Positions 43,891 through 53,117 of a DNA stretch of 64,000 bases are shown here, piece after piece. Position 1 is the stretch's first letter. Each line of letters starts with the position of its first letter. A program made the position numbers and the translations under genes. Origin of the DNA: Thermoanaerobaculia bacterium. GTDB lineage: Bacteria > Acidobacteriota > Thermoanaerobaculia > Multivoradales > JAGPDF01. The notes below the pieces were generated by a model. It ran no database searches. It was not told the origin of the DNA and saw only the letters and a list, made by a program, of their open reading frames with translations. The DNA lies in assembly GCA_050186295.1 (NCBI GenBank), contig JBFWYP010000018.1, positions 1,590 to 65,589 on the forward strand, written 5' to 3'.

Positions 43891-44031
43891 GTCCGCGAGC
43901 CGCCGACGAAGGGTTCTGGCACCCCTGGGGCACCCGAAACGAGGACCTTATCGCTGCTCCCTTCCGGGCCTGACGAGATTCGGAACCGCTCGATGCTCAG
44001 GACCCGAACCCTTCGTCTCCGGCTCGCGGGC
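43891..44031 (-). ncRNA. ffs: Signal recognition particle RNA
   Basis: Helix-8 motif TCAGGCCCGGAAGGGAGCAGC; closing stem CCGCGAGCCG..GACGAAGGGTTC / GAACCCTTCGTC..CGGCTCGCGG; upstream of dnaX. Confidence 0.92.
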
Positions 44032-44037
44032 CTCTGC

Positions 44038-44066
44038 ATCGTAAGGTGCCGGGGGCGCGGTGTAAA
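44038..44066 (-). promoter_or_regulatory. Sigma70 promoter of ffs
   Basis: TTTACA-N17-TACGAT on the minus strand. Confidence 0.7.
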
Positions 44067-44114
44067 GCGACGGAGGATGGATCGGACCCCGGCCGTAGGG
44101 TAGACTCCCGCGGT

Positions 44115-44615
44115 TTGGCGCTCGAGGCTCTGATCGGCAGCGACGACGAGAGCCGGATGCGAAGGGCGCTCGAGCTGGCCGCGGAAGCGGCCGGGGCCGG
44201 AGAGGTTCCGGTGGGAGCGCTGGTCGTTTCACCGGCCGGGGAGGTCGTCGGCCGCGGGCGCAACCGCCGCGAGGAAGACCAGGATCCGACGGCACACGCC
44301 GAGCTCCTGGCGATCCGCGAAGCGGCGGCGGTGCTCGGCTCCTGGCGGCTCGTGGACTGCGATCTCTACGTGACGCTCGAGCCGTGCGCGATGTGCGCCG
44401 GAGCGATCGTGCTCTCCCGTGTGCGCCGGGTGGTCTTCGGCGCCGCGGATCCGAAGGCCGGTTTCTGCGGTTCGCTGGGGAACCTGGTCGAGGACGAACG
44501 GCTGAACCACCGCGTGACCCTGGTCCCCGGTGTGCTGGCAGAAGAGTGCGGAGAGCTCCTCAGGAGCTTCTTCGTCGGCCTTCGGGAACGAAGGCCCGGA
44601 TCTTTGAAAGTCTAG
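44115..44615 (+). CDS. tadA: tRNA adenosine(34) deaminase
   Basis: GEVPVGA, DPTAHAE, TLEPCAMC, LNH; likely TTG start 8 nt after TAGACT. Confidence 0.93.
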   Translation: MALEALIGSDDESRMRRALELAAEAAGAGEVPVGALVVSPAGEVVGRGRNRREEDQDPTAHAELLAIREAAAVLGSWRLVDCDLYVTLEPCAMCAGAIVLSRVRRVVFGAADPKAGFCGSLGNLVEDERLNHRVTLVPGVLAEECGELLRSFFVGLRERRPGSLKV

Positions 44616-44623
44616 ATTTTTCG

Positions 44624-44715
<92 letters not shown>

Positions 44716-44735
44716 AAAATCCTGCAGGAACCTGA

Positions 44736-44825
<90 letters not shown>

Positions 44826-44838
44826 TTCTGCGCATCCC

Positions 44839-44873
44839 GAGCCCCCGGCCGTCCGCCGGGGGCTCTTCCTTTT
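44839..44873 (+). terminator. Rho-independent terminator after the tRNA pair
   Basis: GAGCCCCCGGC-CGTCC-GCCGGGGGCTC followed by TTCCTTTT. Confidence 0.85.
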
Positions 44874-44892
44874 GCGGCGATCTCCGGGACGC

Positions 44893-46368
44893 TCAGTGCT
44901 CTCCGGCCGCGGCGGACGACTCGGGCTCGACGTTGAACAGGAACTCCTCGCCCGGCAGCGCCGGCGGGACGGCGAAGCGCTTCCGCATGGCGTCGAATTC
45001 GGCCATCAGCAGGGGCGACTTCTCCATCGCGGCGGCGAGCTCGTTGACCCGGCTCTGCAGCGCGGCCACCCGCTCCGGATTCGCGGCGGCCAGGTTGTTC
45101 GCCTCCGCGGGATCGTGCGCGATGTCGAAGAGCTCGACGAGCGACGGAAGCGGTGCGCGCCAGACGAGCTTCCAGTCGCCCTGGCGGAGCCCGGCGCGGA
45201 ACGACTCGATGTTGTAGACGAGCTCGGTGCGCGGCGACGGGGCGCCGCTGCGGATCGTCGACCAGACGTCCAGGCCGTCGAGCGGCTTGGCCTTGGCAGT
45301 GGACGCACCGGCGAGCTTCGCGAGCGTCGGATACATGTCGACGACGTGGATCATGCCGTCGACGACGCCCGGTTCGACGTGGCCCGGCCAGTTCACCAGC
45401 GCGGCCACCCGCGTTCCCCCCTCGTAGAGCGAGCCCTTGCCGCCCCGGTACGGTCCGTTGTCGCAGGGGATGATCACCTTCGACATGTCGAGCTCGCCGG
45501 CGAACATGGCGTTCCGCGTGCCGCCGTTGTCGCTCTGGAAGACGACGATCGTGTCGTCGCGCATCCCCCGCTTGCCGAGCGCCTCGAGCACGCGACCGAT
45601 CTGGTCGTCCATGGCGGTGATGGCGGCGGCGTAGGCGCGCCGGCTGGGATCGGCGATCGCGGCGTAGCGGTCGAGGTACTCCTGCGGCGCCTGGTACGGC
45701 GTGTGCGGCGCGTTGAACGCGAGATAGAGGAAGAGCGGTCTGGCGACGTCGTGGCGCGTGATCCGTGCCACGGCGTCGTTGCCGAGGAGCGTCGTCGTGT
45801 AGCCCGGCTCGCGTACGACCTCGTTGTCGCGGTACCAGTCGACGACGCCGTGCTGCTCGTGGGTGAAGTAGTCGAGCTCACCGATCAGCGGGCCGTACTG
45901 CGAATCGAAACCGCGCTGCCGCGGCCAGAACTTCGGATCGGCGTGTCCGAGATGCCACTTGCCGACGATCGCCGTCTCGTAGCCGGCCTCGCGGAGCGCC
46001 TGCGGCAGCAGCCACTCGTCGGTCGGCAGACCGTAGGTGTGTCCGGACGGGATGACCAGCGTCTGCAGGCCGTAGCGGAACGGATAGCGGCCGGTCATCA
46101 GCGCCGCGCGGGTCGGCGTGCACATCGGCTGGGCGTAGAACTGCTCGAGCCGGGCGCCGGTCGCCGCCAGACGGTCGAGATTCGGCGTGCGGATGTCCGA
46201 GCCGTGGAAGCCGACGTCCTTCCAGCCCTGGTCGTCGGAGACGATGTAGAGGATGTTGGGTGCCTTGGCCGCCTTCGCCGCCTTGGCGGCGGCGCGGCTC
46301 GGCGCCCCCGGCAGGAACAGCGCGGCGAAGAGGAGAACGGACGCGAGCGGACGAACGGATCGAAACAT
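44893..46368 (-). CDS. Arylsulfatase B-like sulfatase, exported
   Basis: Signal peptide, PNIL..SDDQG, CTPTRAALMTG (formylglycine site), GKWHLG, SDNG. Confidence 0.93.
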   Translation of the reverse strand: MFRSVRPLASVLLFAALFLPGAPSRAAAKAAKAAKAPNILYIVSDDQGWKDVGFHGSDIRTPNLDRLAATGARLEQFYAQPMCTPTRAALMTGRYPFRYGLQTLVIPSGHTYGLPTDEWLLPQALREAGYETAIVGKWHLGHADPKFWPRQRGFDSQYGPLIGELDYFTHEQHGVVDWYRDNEVVREPGYTTTLLGNDAVARITRHDVARPLFLYLAFNAPHTPYQAPQEYLDRYAAIADPSRRAYAAAITAMDDQIGRVLEALGKRGMRDDTIVVFQSDNGGTRNAMFAGELDMSKVIIPCDNGPYRGGKGSLYEGGTRVAALVNWPGHVEPGVVDGMIHVVDMYPTLAKLAGASTAKAKPLDGLDVWSTIRSGAPSPRTELVYNIESFRAGLRQGDWKLVWRAPLPSLVELFDIAHDPAEANNLAAANPERVAALQSRVNELAAAMEKSPLLMAEFDAMRKRFAVPPALPGEEFLFNVEPESSAAAGEH

Positions 46369-46546
46369 GACGGCTCCCCCGAGACGCCCTCCGCCGGAGA
46401 GTGCGACCGGAGCGAGTCCACGGGGCTCGCCGTTCGCGGGCGGGAAGGCGGCGGAAGCCTATTGCAGCGGAGGGAAGAATCAAGGGGGGGGGGGCGAGCG
46501 GCCGGGTCGTCGTATCGTCGGGGAGCAGCGCGAGCGGAGAAAAGCG

Positions 46547-47716
46547 GTGTCCGAGGAGCGACAGTACGAACCCGGAGGGGGGGAGATCGGCTACGACCTG
46601 CCGGCGCGAGCCGGAATGACGCTCGCCGAGGTGCAGACCCCCAGCCTCGTCGTCGATCTCGACGCCCTCGAACGGAACGTCGCGAAGCTCGGCGCGTTCG
46701 TGCGGGAGCGCGGGATCCGCCACCGCGCCCACGCCAAGATGCACCGCTCGGTCGACGTCGCGCGCCTGCAGATCGAGCGCGGCGGCGCCTGCGGCCTCTG
46801 CTGCCAGAAGGTCTCCGAGGCGGAGTGCTTCGCCCGCGCCGGCTTCCGCGACATCCTGGTCTCGCACGAGGTGCGCGATCCGCTGAAGATCGATCGCCTC
46901 GCCCGCCTGCCGCTCCTGGGGGCGCGGACGATCGTCCTCGTCGACGATCCGGCGAACGTCGCCGAGCTCTCGGCGGCCGCCAAGGCGCACGGCACGACGA
47001 TCGAATGCCTCGTCGAGCTCGACTGCGGCGCCGGGCTCTGCGGTGTCGCGACGACCGCCGAGGTGGTGGCGCTGGCACAGGCGATCGCAGCGGCCGCCGG
47101 ACTCGTCTTCGCCGGCATCCAGGCCTACCAGGGAAAGATGCAGCACCTCGGTCCGTTCGAGGAGCGGCGGGCGGCGAGCGCGGCCGCCGCAGCGCGGGCG
47201 CGCGAAGTGGTGACGGCGCTCGCCGCGGCCGGACTCTCCTGCGGGATCGTCGGCGGTGGCGGGACCGGGAGCTACCGGTTCGACGCCGACTCGGGCGTCT
47301 ACGACGAGCTCCAGTGCGGCTCGTACGCCTTCCTCGACGACGAGTACGGGCGGATCCTCGACGCCGAGGGCCGCCGCCTCGACGAGCGCGAGTGGGAGCA
47401 TGCGCTCTTCCTCCTCACCTCCGTGGTCAGCCGGGCGAAGGACGGGAGCGCGGTCTGCGATGCCGGCCTCAAGGTCTGCTCGTTCGACGCCGGGCCGCCG
47501 GTGGTCTTCGGCCGCGACGACGTCGCCTACGTGCGCTGGGCCGACGAGCACGGACTGCTCGACGATCCGGGCGGCGTCCTCCGCGTGGGCGAGAAGCTGC
47601 GTCTGGTTCCCGGCCACTGCGATCCGACCTGCAATCTGCACGACTGGTACGTCGCCGTCCGCGGCGGGACCGTCGAGGCGCTCTGGCCGGTGAGCGCGCG
47701 CGGCAAGTCGCTCTAG
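46547..47716 (+). CDS. bhcC: DSD1-family PLP enzyme, 3-hydroxy-D-aspartate aldolase-like
   Basis: GYD.PA..GM...E.QTP.L..DLDALERN, H.KMH.SVDV, CCQKVSEAE, GGGTGS, LQCGSY, GHCDPTCN; recalled similarity to Paracoccus BhcC. Confidence 0.75.
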   Translation: MSEERQYEPGGGEIGYDLPARAGMTLAEVQTPSLVVDLDALERNVAKLGAFVRERGIRHRAHAKMHRSVDVARLQIERGGACGLCCQKVSEAECFARAGFRDILVSHEVRDPLKIDRLARLPLLGARTIVLVDDPANVAELSAAAKAHGTTIECLVELDCGAGLCGVATTAEVVALAQAIAAAAGLVFAGIQAYQGKMQHLGPFEERRAASAAAAARAREVVTALAAAGLSCGIVGGGGTGSYRFDADSGVYDELQCGSYAFLDDEYGRILDAEGRRLDEREWEHALFLLTSVVSRAKDGSAVCDAGLKVCSFDAGPPVVFGRDDVAYVRWADEHGLLDDPGGVLRVGEKLRLVPGHCDPTCNLHDWYVAVRGGTVEALWPVSARGKSL

Positions 47717-47743
47717 CCGCTGGCCGCGATCCGTGCGCCGGGC

Positions 47744-48286
47744 TCACCGGTGCGGCGGGCGCGAGCGGGTTCCGGAGCTCTGCGACAGGGCGTCCTGCAG
47801 GCGCTTCCCTTTGGCCCGCGACTCCCGCGCCAGCCGCGCCTTGAAGGCCGCGACACGGCGCCGCACGCCGGCATCGCTCGCACCGAGGATCTGCACCGCG
47901 AGGATCCCCGCGTTCCGTCCGCCGCCGATCGCGACCGTCGCCACCGGCACACCCCCCGGCATCTGTACGATCGACAACAGCGAGTCGAGTCCCTTGAGCG
48001 TCGAGCTCTCCACCGGGACGCCGATGACCGGCAACGGAGTGAGGCTGGCGACCATCCCCGGCAGGTGCGCGGCGCCGCCCGCTCCGGCGATGACGACGCG
48101 CAGACCGCGCCCGGCGGCGCTCCTGGCGTAGCGCATCATGTCCTCCGGGGTGCGATGCGCCGAGAGGACGCGTACCTCGGCTTCCAGGCCGAAGTCGGCG
48201 CAGACCTCGGCCGCCGGCTGCATGGTCGGCCAGTCCGAGTCACTTCCCATCACGATCCCGATCAGGGGACGCTCGCTCCGTTTCAT
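47744..48286 (-). CDS. purE: N5-CAIR mutase (class I PurE)
   Basis: [39 protein letters not shown]. Confidence 0.96.
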   Translation of the reverse strand: MKRSERPLIGIVMGSDSDWPTMQPAAEVCADFGLEAEVRVLSAHRTPEDMMRYARSAAGRGLRVVIAGAGGAAHLPGMVASLTPLPVIGVPVESSTLKGLDSLLSIVQMPGGVPVATVAIGGGRNAGILAVQILGASDAGVRRRVAAFKARLARESRAKGKRLQDALSQSSGTRSRPPHR

Positions 48287-49500
48287 TCTTCGCTCCCGAA
48301 CTGGATTTCGTCCGCGCATCGTCGGGCCAGGGCTTCGGCTTCGGCCACCGTCGCTCCGACCGCGGTCACGTGGCCGAGCTTGCGGCCGGGATGACTCGTC
48401 GCCTTGCCGTAGATGTGCACATGGGCGCCCGGGACCGCCAGGGCCCGCTCGAGACCGGTCACGTGGCCGGGGCCACGGCGGGCGCCGAGGAGGTTGATCA
48501 TGACCGCCGCCGGCTCCCGCATGGCGGGCGAGCCGAGGGGCCAGTCGAACACGGCACGGACGTGGTTCTCGAACTGCGAGCAGACGCAGGCGTCGAGCGT
48601 GTAATGGCCGGAGTTGTGGACGCGGGGCGCCAGCTCGTTGATGGTGACCTCACCCTCCGCGGTCAGGAACATCTCGACGCCGAAGCTGCCGACGGCTCCG
48701 ACGGCGGCGACCGCCCGCTCCGCGACGTCGACCGCGCGCCCGGCGATCGTCCCGGAGACCGCGGCCGGCGCGCGAACGACGTGACAGATGTGGTCGCGCT
48801 GTACGGTCTCCACCAGCGGATAGGTCGCCACGGAACCGTCGCGCGTGCGGGTGATGATGACGGCCAGCTCGGTCGCGAAGGGACAGTAGGCTTCGACGTA
48901 GAGGGCGCGGCCCTCGTCCCCTCCCAGGCGTTGCCAGGCCGCCTCGACATCCGACGGATCCCGGAGCGTCGCGTTGCCCTTGCCGTCGTAGCCGTTGCGG
49001 CGCGCCTTCAGTACCAGCGGCCAACCGAACTCCCGGGCGATGGCGACGACCTCGTCGGGCGAGCTCGCGGCGCGGAACGGCGAGACGGGAAGTCCGGCGG
49101 CGGAGAGAGTCTCCTTCTGGGTCAGCTTGTCCTGCACGAGAGCGATGGTCGCGGCCCCGGGTCGCAGGTGGTGGCCGCGCTCCTCGAGAAGCGCCAGCTT
49201 CGCCGCGTCGATGAACTCGTTCTCCAGCGTCACGGCGTCGGCCAGCGTGGCCAGCGCCAGCAGGTCTTCGGCCCGATCCCAGTCGCCCACCAGGGCCCGG
49301 TGCGCCAGCGACATCGCCGGGCTCAGGGAGTTGCGCTCGAGGACGAAGACCTCGCACCCGAGCTCGAGCGCTGCCATGGCGGTCATCCGCGCGAGCTGCC
49401 CGCCGCCGACGATGCCGAGGCGGGAGCGATTGCGCCGGGTGAGCGCGCTCGTGCGCACTTCGGATTCCGTGGTCTCGTGCATGGCCGCGGTGCCGGCCAC
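48283..49500 (-). CDS. purK: N5-CAIR synthetase
   Basis: [39 protein letters not shown]. Confidence 0.96.
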   Translation of the reverse strand: MAGTAAMHETTESEVRTSALTRRNRSRLGIVGGGQLARMTAMAALELGCEVFVLERNSLSPAMSLAHRALVGDWDRAEDLLALATLADAVTLENEFIDAAKLALLEERGHHLRPGAATIALVQDKLTQKETLSAAGLPVSPFRAASSPDEVVAIAREFGWPLVLKARRNGYDGKGNATLRDPSDVEAAWQRLGGDEGRALYVEAYCPFATELAVIITRTRDGSVATYPLVETVQRDHICHVVRAPAAVSGTIAGRAVDVAERAVAAVGAVGSFGVEMFLTAEGEVTINELAPRVHNSGHYTLDACVCSQFENHVRAVFDWPLGSPAMREPAAVMINLLGARRGPGHVTGLERALAVPGAHVHIYGKATSHPGRKLGHVTAVGATVAEAEALARRCADEIQFGSEE

Positions 49501-49830
49501 TCAGCGGGCGCGGGTTCGCGCCACGGTCCGACCGCGCTTGCGGGCAGCCGAGGCCGGGCCGATCAGGGAGAGAAGGGCCGCGACCTGGTGGTGCGCCTCG
49601 ATGGGGTGGCGCAGGGGCAGGAGGTCGTTCACCTCGTAGAGATTGCGGCGCCCCTGGCGGGTCACCGCGAGGTAGCCGGCTTCGACCAGGTCGGCGACGA
49701 TCCGCTGCGCCGCGCGCTCGGTGATCCCGACCCTGGTGGCGACGTCGCGCAGGCGGACCAGGGGATCCGCGGCGATGCACAGAAGCACGTGGCCGTAGTT
49801 GGTGAGAAAGGTCCAGCGGTCCGCTGCCAT
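49501..49830 (-). CDS. Small winged-helix (MarR/ArsR-like) transcription regulator
   Basis: WTFLTNYGHVL..RLRDVA..VGITERAAQRIV.DL.EAGY..GRRN.Y; its stop abuts the purK start. Confidence 0.85.
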   Translation of the reverse strand: MAADRWTFLTNYGHVLLCIAADPLVRLRDVATRVGITERAAQRIVADLVEAGYLAVTRQGRRNLYEVNDLLPLRHPIEAHHQVAALLSLIGPASAARKRGRTVARTRAR

Positions 49831-49836
49831 CGCGCA

Positions 49837-49903
49837 ATGGTACTTACTCGAATCGCGAATTTCAACACATGTCTTGCAATACAGGACACACGTAGCGTAT
49901 GTT
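49837..49903. promoter_or_regulatory. Back-to-back promoters with candidate operator
   Basis: Minus strand: TTGAAA-N17-TACCAT (49865-49837). Plus strand: TTGCAA-N18-TATGTT (49874-49903). Imperfect palindrome TGTCTTG-CAATA-CAGGACA at 49870-49888. Confidence 0.6.
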
Positions 49904-49948
49904 TCCGCGGACGGACTTCTCGCCAACGGCCACGGAGCTCTGAAACCG

Positions 49949-50908
49949 ATGCTCGACGTTCTCAAAGCCAACATGCTTTCGCCGATCGTGCTGGCCTTCG
50001 CGCTGGGGATCGCGGCGCGCCTGGTGCGCAGCGAGCTGCGGCTGCCCAAGGACCTCTACACGGCGCTCTCGATCTACCTGCTGTTCGCTCTCGGGCTCAA
50101 GGGCGGAGTGGAGCTGAGTCACGCCTCCCTCGGCGCCATCGCCGCCCCGGCGGCGGTGACGCTCCTGCTCGGCTGCATCACGCCGATCAGCTCGTATCTC
50201 GTCCTGCGGCATCTCGGACGCTTCAGCGACGCCGACTCGGCCGCCATCGCGGCGCACTACGGATCGGTCTCGGCCGTCACCTTCATCGCCGCCCAGACCT
50301 TCGTCACCTCGATGGGAGAGGTGCCGGAGGGGTTCATGCCCACCCTGCTCACGCTGCTCGAGAGCCCCGGTATCCACATCGCTCTCGCCATCGGCGCCCT
50401 GAAAGTGAGCAGTCAACGGTCGGCGCGGCAGACGCTGCACGAGATCGCGACGGGGCGCACGATGATCCTGCTCGTCGGTGGCCTGCTCGTCGGACTGCTG
50501 ATGGGCGGCAAGGGCTGGGAGTCGATCGCGCCGTTCTTCGACGGCGGCTTCAAGGGCGCGCTCACGCTGTTCCTCCTGGAGATGGGCATCGTCGCCGCCG
50601 AGCGGATCGGTGACCTGCGCAAGGTCGGTCCGTTTCTCCTCGGCTTCGGCGTCCTGATGCCGCTCCTCCACGGCGCCCTGGGCGCGGGGCTGGGCAGGCT
50701 GGCCGGACTTTCGGTGGGCGGCAGCACGATGCTGGCGGCGATGGCGGCCAGCGCCTCCTACATCGCGGCACCGCCGGCGGCGCGTCTGAACCTGCCGACC
50801 GCGAACCCGACTTACTATCTGACCGCGTCGCTCGCGATCACGTTTCCGTTCAACGTGGCCGTGGGTATCCCCGTGTACTACTGGGTCGCCAGGCTGTTCG
50901 AGAGCTGA
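49949..50908 (+). CDS. sbtA: Sodium-dependent bicarbonate transport family permease (SbtA/DUF897)
   Basis: LSIYLL..GLKGG, AAHYGSVSAVTF, LESP, FLLEMG, ASASYIAAP, ITFPFN. Confidence 0.92.
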   Translation: MLDVLKANMLSPIVLAFALGIAARLVRSELRLPKDLYTALSIYLLFALGLKGGVELSHASLGAIAAPAAVTLLLGCITPISSYLVLRHLGRFSDADSAAIAAHYGSVSAVTFIAAQTFVTSMGEVPEGFMPTLLTLLESPGIHIALAIGALKVSSQRSARQTLHEIATGRTMILLVGGLLVGLLMGGKGWESIAPFFDGGFKGALTLFLLEMGIVAAERIGDLRKVGPFLLGFGVLMPLLHGALGAGLGRLAGLSVGGSTMLAAMAASASYIAAPPAARLNLPTANPTYYLTASLAITFPFNVAVGIPVYYWVARLFES

Positions 50909-50920
50909 GGAGAGAGAGTG

Positions 50921-51229
50921 ATGAGCCAGCACGCGATGAAGCTGATGGTGATCGTGGTCGAGAGTGTCCTGATGGAGAGGGTGCTCGCCGATCTCAAGCG
51001 CCTCGGCGCCACCGGATACACGATCACGGACGCCCGCGGCGGGGGCTCGCGCGGACTTCGCGTCGGCGAAGTGCCGGGCGACAACAAGCGCATCGAGGTG
51101 CTCATGGACGACGAGACCGCCGGCACCATGCTGGAGCTGCTGTCCGAGCGCTACTTCCCCAGCTACGCCATCGCCGCCTGGGTCAGCGACGTCGTGGTGG
51201 TCCGCGAAGGGAAGTATCTCGGTCGCTAG
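50921..51229 (+). CDS. sbtB: PII-like regulator SbtB
   Basis: GATGYTI..ARG.GSRG, N.RIEVL, V.V.R..KY; directly downstream of sbtA. Confidence 0.88.
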   Translation: MSQHAMKLMVIVVESVLMERVLADLKRLGATGYTITDARGGGSRGLRVGEVPGDNKRIEVLMDDETAGTMLELLSERYFPSYAIAAWVSDVVVVREGKYLGR

Positions 51230-52515
51230 TCGCTCTTCGCCGCCTTGCCGTCGAGCTGCTCGATCGTCGCGATCGACGGCGGGCGCTCCTTCTGCAGGCG
51301 CTTCGCGACCGCCTCGGCTTCGCGCAGGACCCGCAGGACGTTCTCGCCGGCGAGCTTCTTCAGGTCGCCGTCGCTCCAGCCGCGGCGGACGAGCTCGGCG
51401 AAGAGCGCGGGGTACTTCGAAACGTCCTCGAGCCCCTGGACGACGTCGTCGCCCGCCCCCCAGAAGTCGCCGGCGATGCCGATGTGGTCGACCCCCGCGA
51501 CCTTGCGCACGTGCTCGACCTGGTCGGCGACCTGGGCGACGGTGGCGCGCGGCGGCGCGCCGTGCTCGGCGACGTACTGCGTGTACAGGCGCTGGTAGTC
51601 GGCGTCGACGGCGATCCCGGCGGTCTGCTTCTCGAACGGCTCGGACCAGTCGCGGACCTCCTGCGAGACGAACTCGGGGATGAAGGTGACCATCAGCACG
51701 CCGCCGTTCTTGCGCAGCCGCGCGATCACCTGGTCGGGAGCGTTGCGCGGGTGGTCGCTCAGGGCGCGCGCGCAGTTGTGCGAGAAGACGACCGGCGCCG
51801 CGCTCACGTCGAGCGCGTCGTTCGCCGTCGCCGGCGAGACGTGCGAGATGTCGACCAGCATGCCGAGGCGGTTCATCTCGCGCACCACCTCCTCGCCGAA
51901 CGGCGTCAGGCCGTCGTGCTTCGGCGTGTCGAGCGCCGCGTCGGCCCAGTCGAGGGTGACGTTGTGGGTCAGGGTGAGGTAGCGCGCGCCGAGGTCGTGG
52001 TAGGCGCGCAGCGCGCCGAGCGAGTTCTCGATCACGTGCCCGCCTTCCATGCCGAGGAGCGAGGCGATCTTCCCCGCGCGGTGGATGCGCACGACGTCGT
52101 CGGCGGTGAGCGCGAGCTCGAGCGCCTCGGGGTACCTGGCGATCATCCGCTTCGCGATGTCGATCTGCTCGAGCTGGGTCCTGGCGAATCCGGACGGGAT
52201 CTCCCCCGGCACGTAGACCGACCAGAACTGCGCGCCCACTCCGCCGGCGCGGAGGCGCGCCAGGTCGGTCTCGTGCGGCGCCGGCTTGCGGAGGTCGTAT
52301 TTCTCGACGTCCCTCGGTGCCTCTTTCCACTCGCGGATCACCCAGGGGAGATCGTTGTGCCCGTCGACCAGGATCGTCGAGGCGAGGAGCTCCCGGGCGT
52401 GCTGAAGACGGCGTGCCGCCGCGTCGTCCCTCTCCGCGGCGAGGAGGCTTCCGACGGCGAAGAGCGCAGCGACTGCGGTGGCGGAAGGGAGGATCAGGCG
52501 GCTCCGGGAGCTCAT
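51226..52515 (-). CDS. M19 membrane dipeptidase, exported
   Basis: DGHNDLPW, GAQFWSVY, GMEGGH, TLTHN, EMNRLG..DISH, FSH. Confidence 0.92.
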   Translation of the reverse strand: MSSRSRLILPSATAVAALFAVGSLLAAERDDAAARRLQHARELLASTILVDGHNDLPWVIREWKEAPRDVEKYDLRKPAPHETDLARLRAGGVGAQFWSVYVPGEIPSGFARTQLEQIDIAKRMIARYPEALELALTADDVVRIHRAGKIASLLGMEGGHVIENSLGALRAYHDLGARYLTLTHNVTLDWADAALDTPKHDGLTPFGEEVVREMNRLGMLVDISHVSPATANDALDVSAAPVVFSHNCARALSDHPRNAPDQVIARLRKNGGVLMVTFIPEFVSQEVRDWSEPFEKQTAGIAVDADYQRLYTQYVAEHGAPPRATVAQVADQVEHVRKVAGVDHIGIAGDFWGAGDDVVQGLEDVSKYPALFAELVRRGWSDGDLKKLAGENVLRVLREAEAVAKRLQKERPPSIATIEQLDGKAAKSD

Positions 52516-52559
52516 CTTCGGAGCATATCGGCGACGACGCGGAGGGCTACAATGTACGC

Positions 52560-53081
52560 ATGCGTTCGGCGACCTTCTGGCGGACGATCACGGTGGACGA
52601 ATCCGGCTTCCTCGAGCGGCTTCTCGCCAAGCTCGAGAGGTCCGGAGTACCGTACTGCGTCATCGGCGGCCAGGCGGTCAACGCCTACGTCGAGCCGCTC
52701 GTGTCGCTCGACCTGGACCTCGCCATCGCGGCGAACGATCTCGAGCGGCTGCTGCCGGAGCTGGGTTACGAATTCGACGTCGAGCGCTTCGAGCACAGCC
52801 TGAACGTGGCGTCCCGCGATTCGGATCTCCGGGTGCAGTTCCAGCTCGACCCGCGATACGCGGAGTTCGTGCCTCGCCGCGAGATGCGAACGGTGCTCGG
52901 GCACGAGCTCCCGGTCGCGCGGCTGGAAGACGTTCTCGCGGGAAAGGTCTGGGCGGCCTCGGACGCGAGCCGCCGCCCCAGCAAACGGCAGAAGGACCTC
53001 GCCGACATCGCGCGCATCCTCGAACGATTTCCGGAGCTCGCGGCCGCCGTTCCCGCCGAGATTCACGCCCGGCTCGTCTGA
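52560..53081 (+). CDS. Pol-beta-type nucleotidyltransferase (AbiEii-like) protein
   Basis: VIGGQAVNAY, DLDL, K..A..D..RR.SKRQKDLADI. Confidence 0.7.
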   Translation: MRSATFWRTITVDESGFLERLLAKLERSGVPYCVIGGQAVNAYVEPLVSLDLDLAIAANDLERLLPELGYEFDVERFEHSLNVASRDSDLRVQFQLDPRYAEFVPRREMRTVLGHELPVARLEDVLAGKVWAASDASRRPSKRQKDLADIARILERFPELAAAVPAEIHARLV

Positions 53082-53117
53082 GCCGCCTTCGGCCAACCGG
53101 CGAAGAGCGGACGCGCC

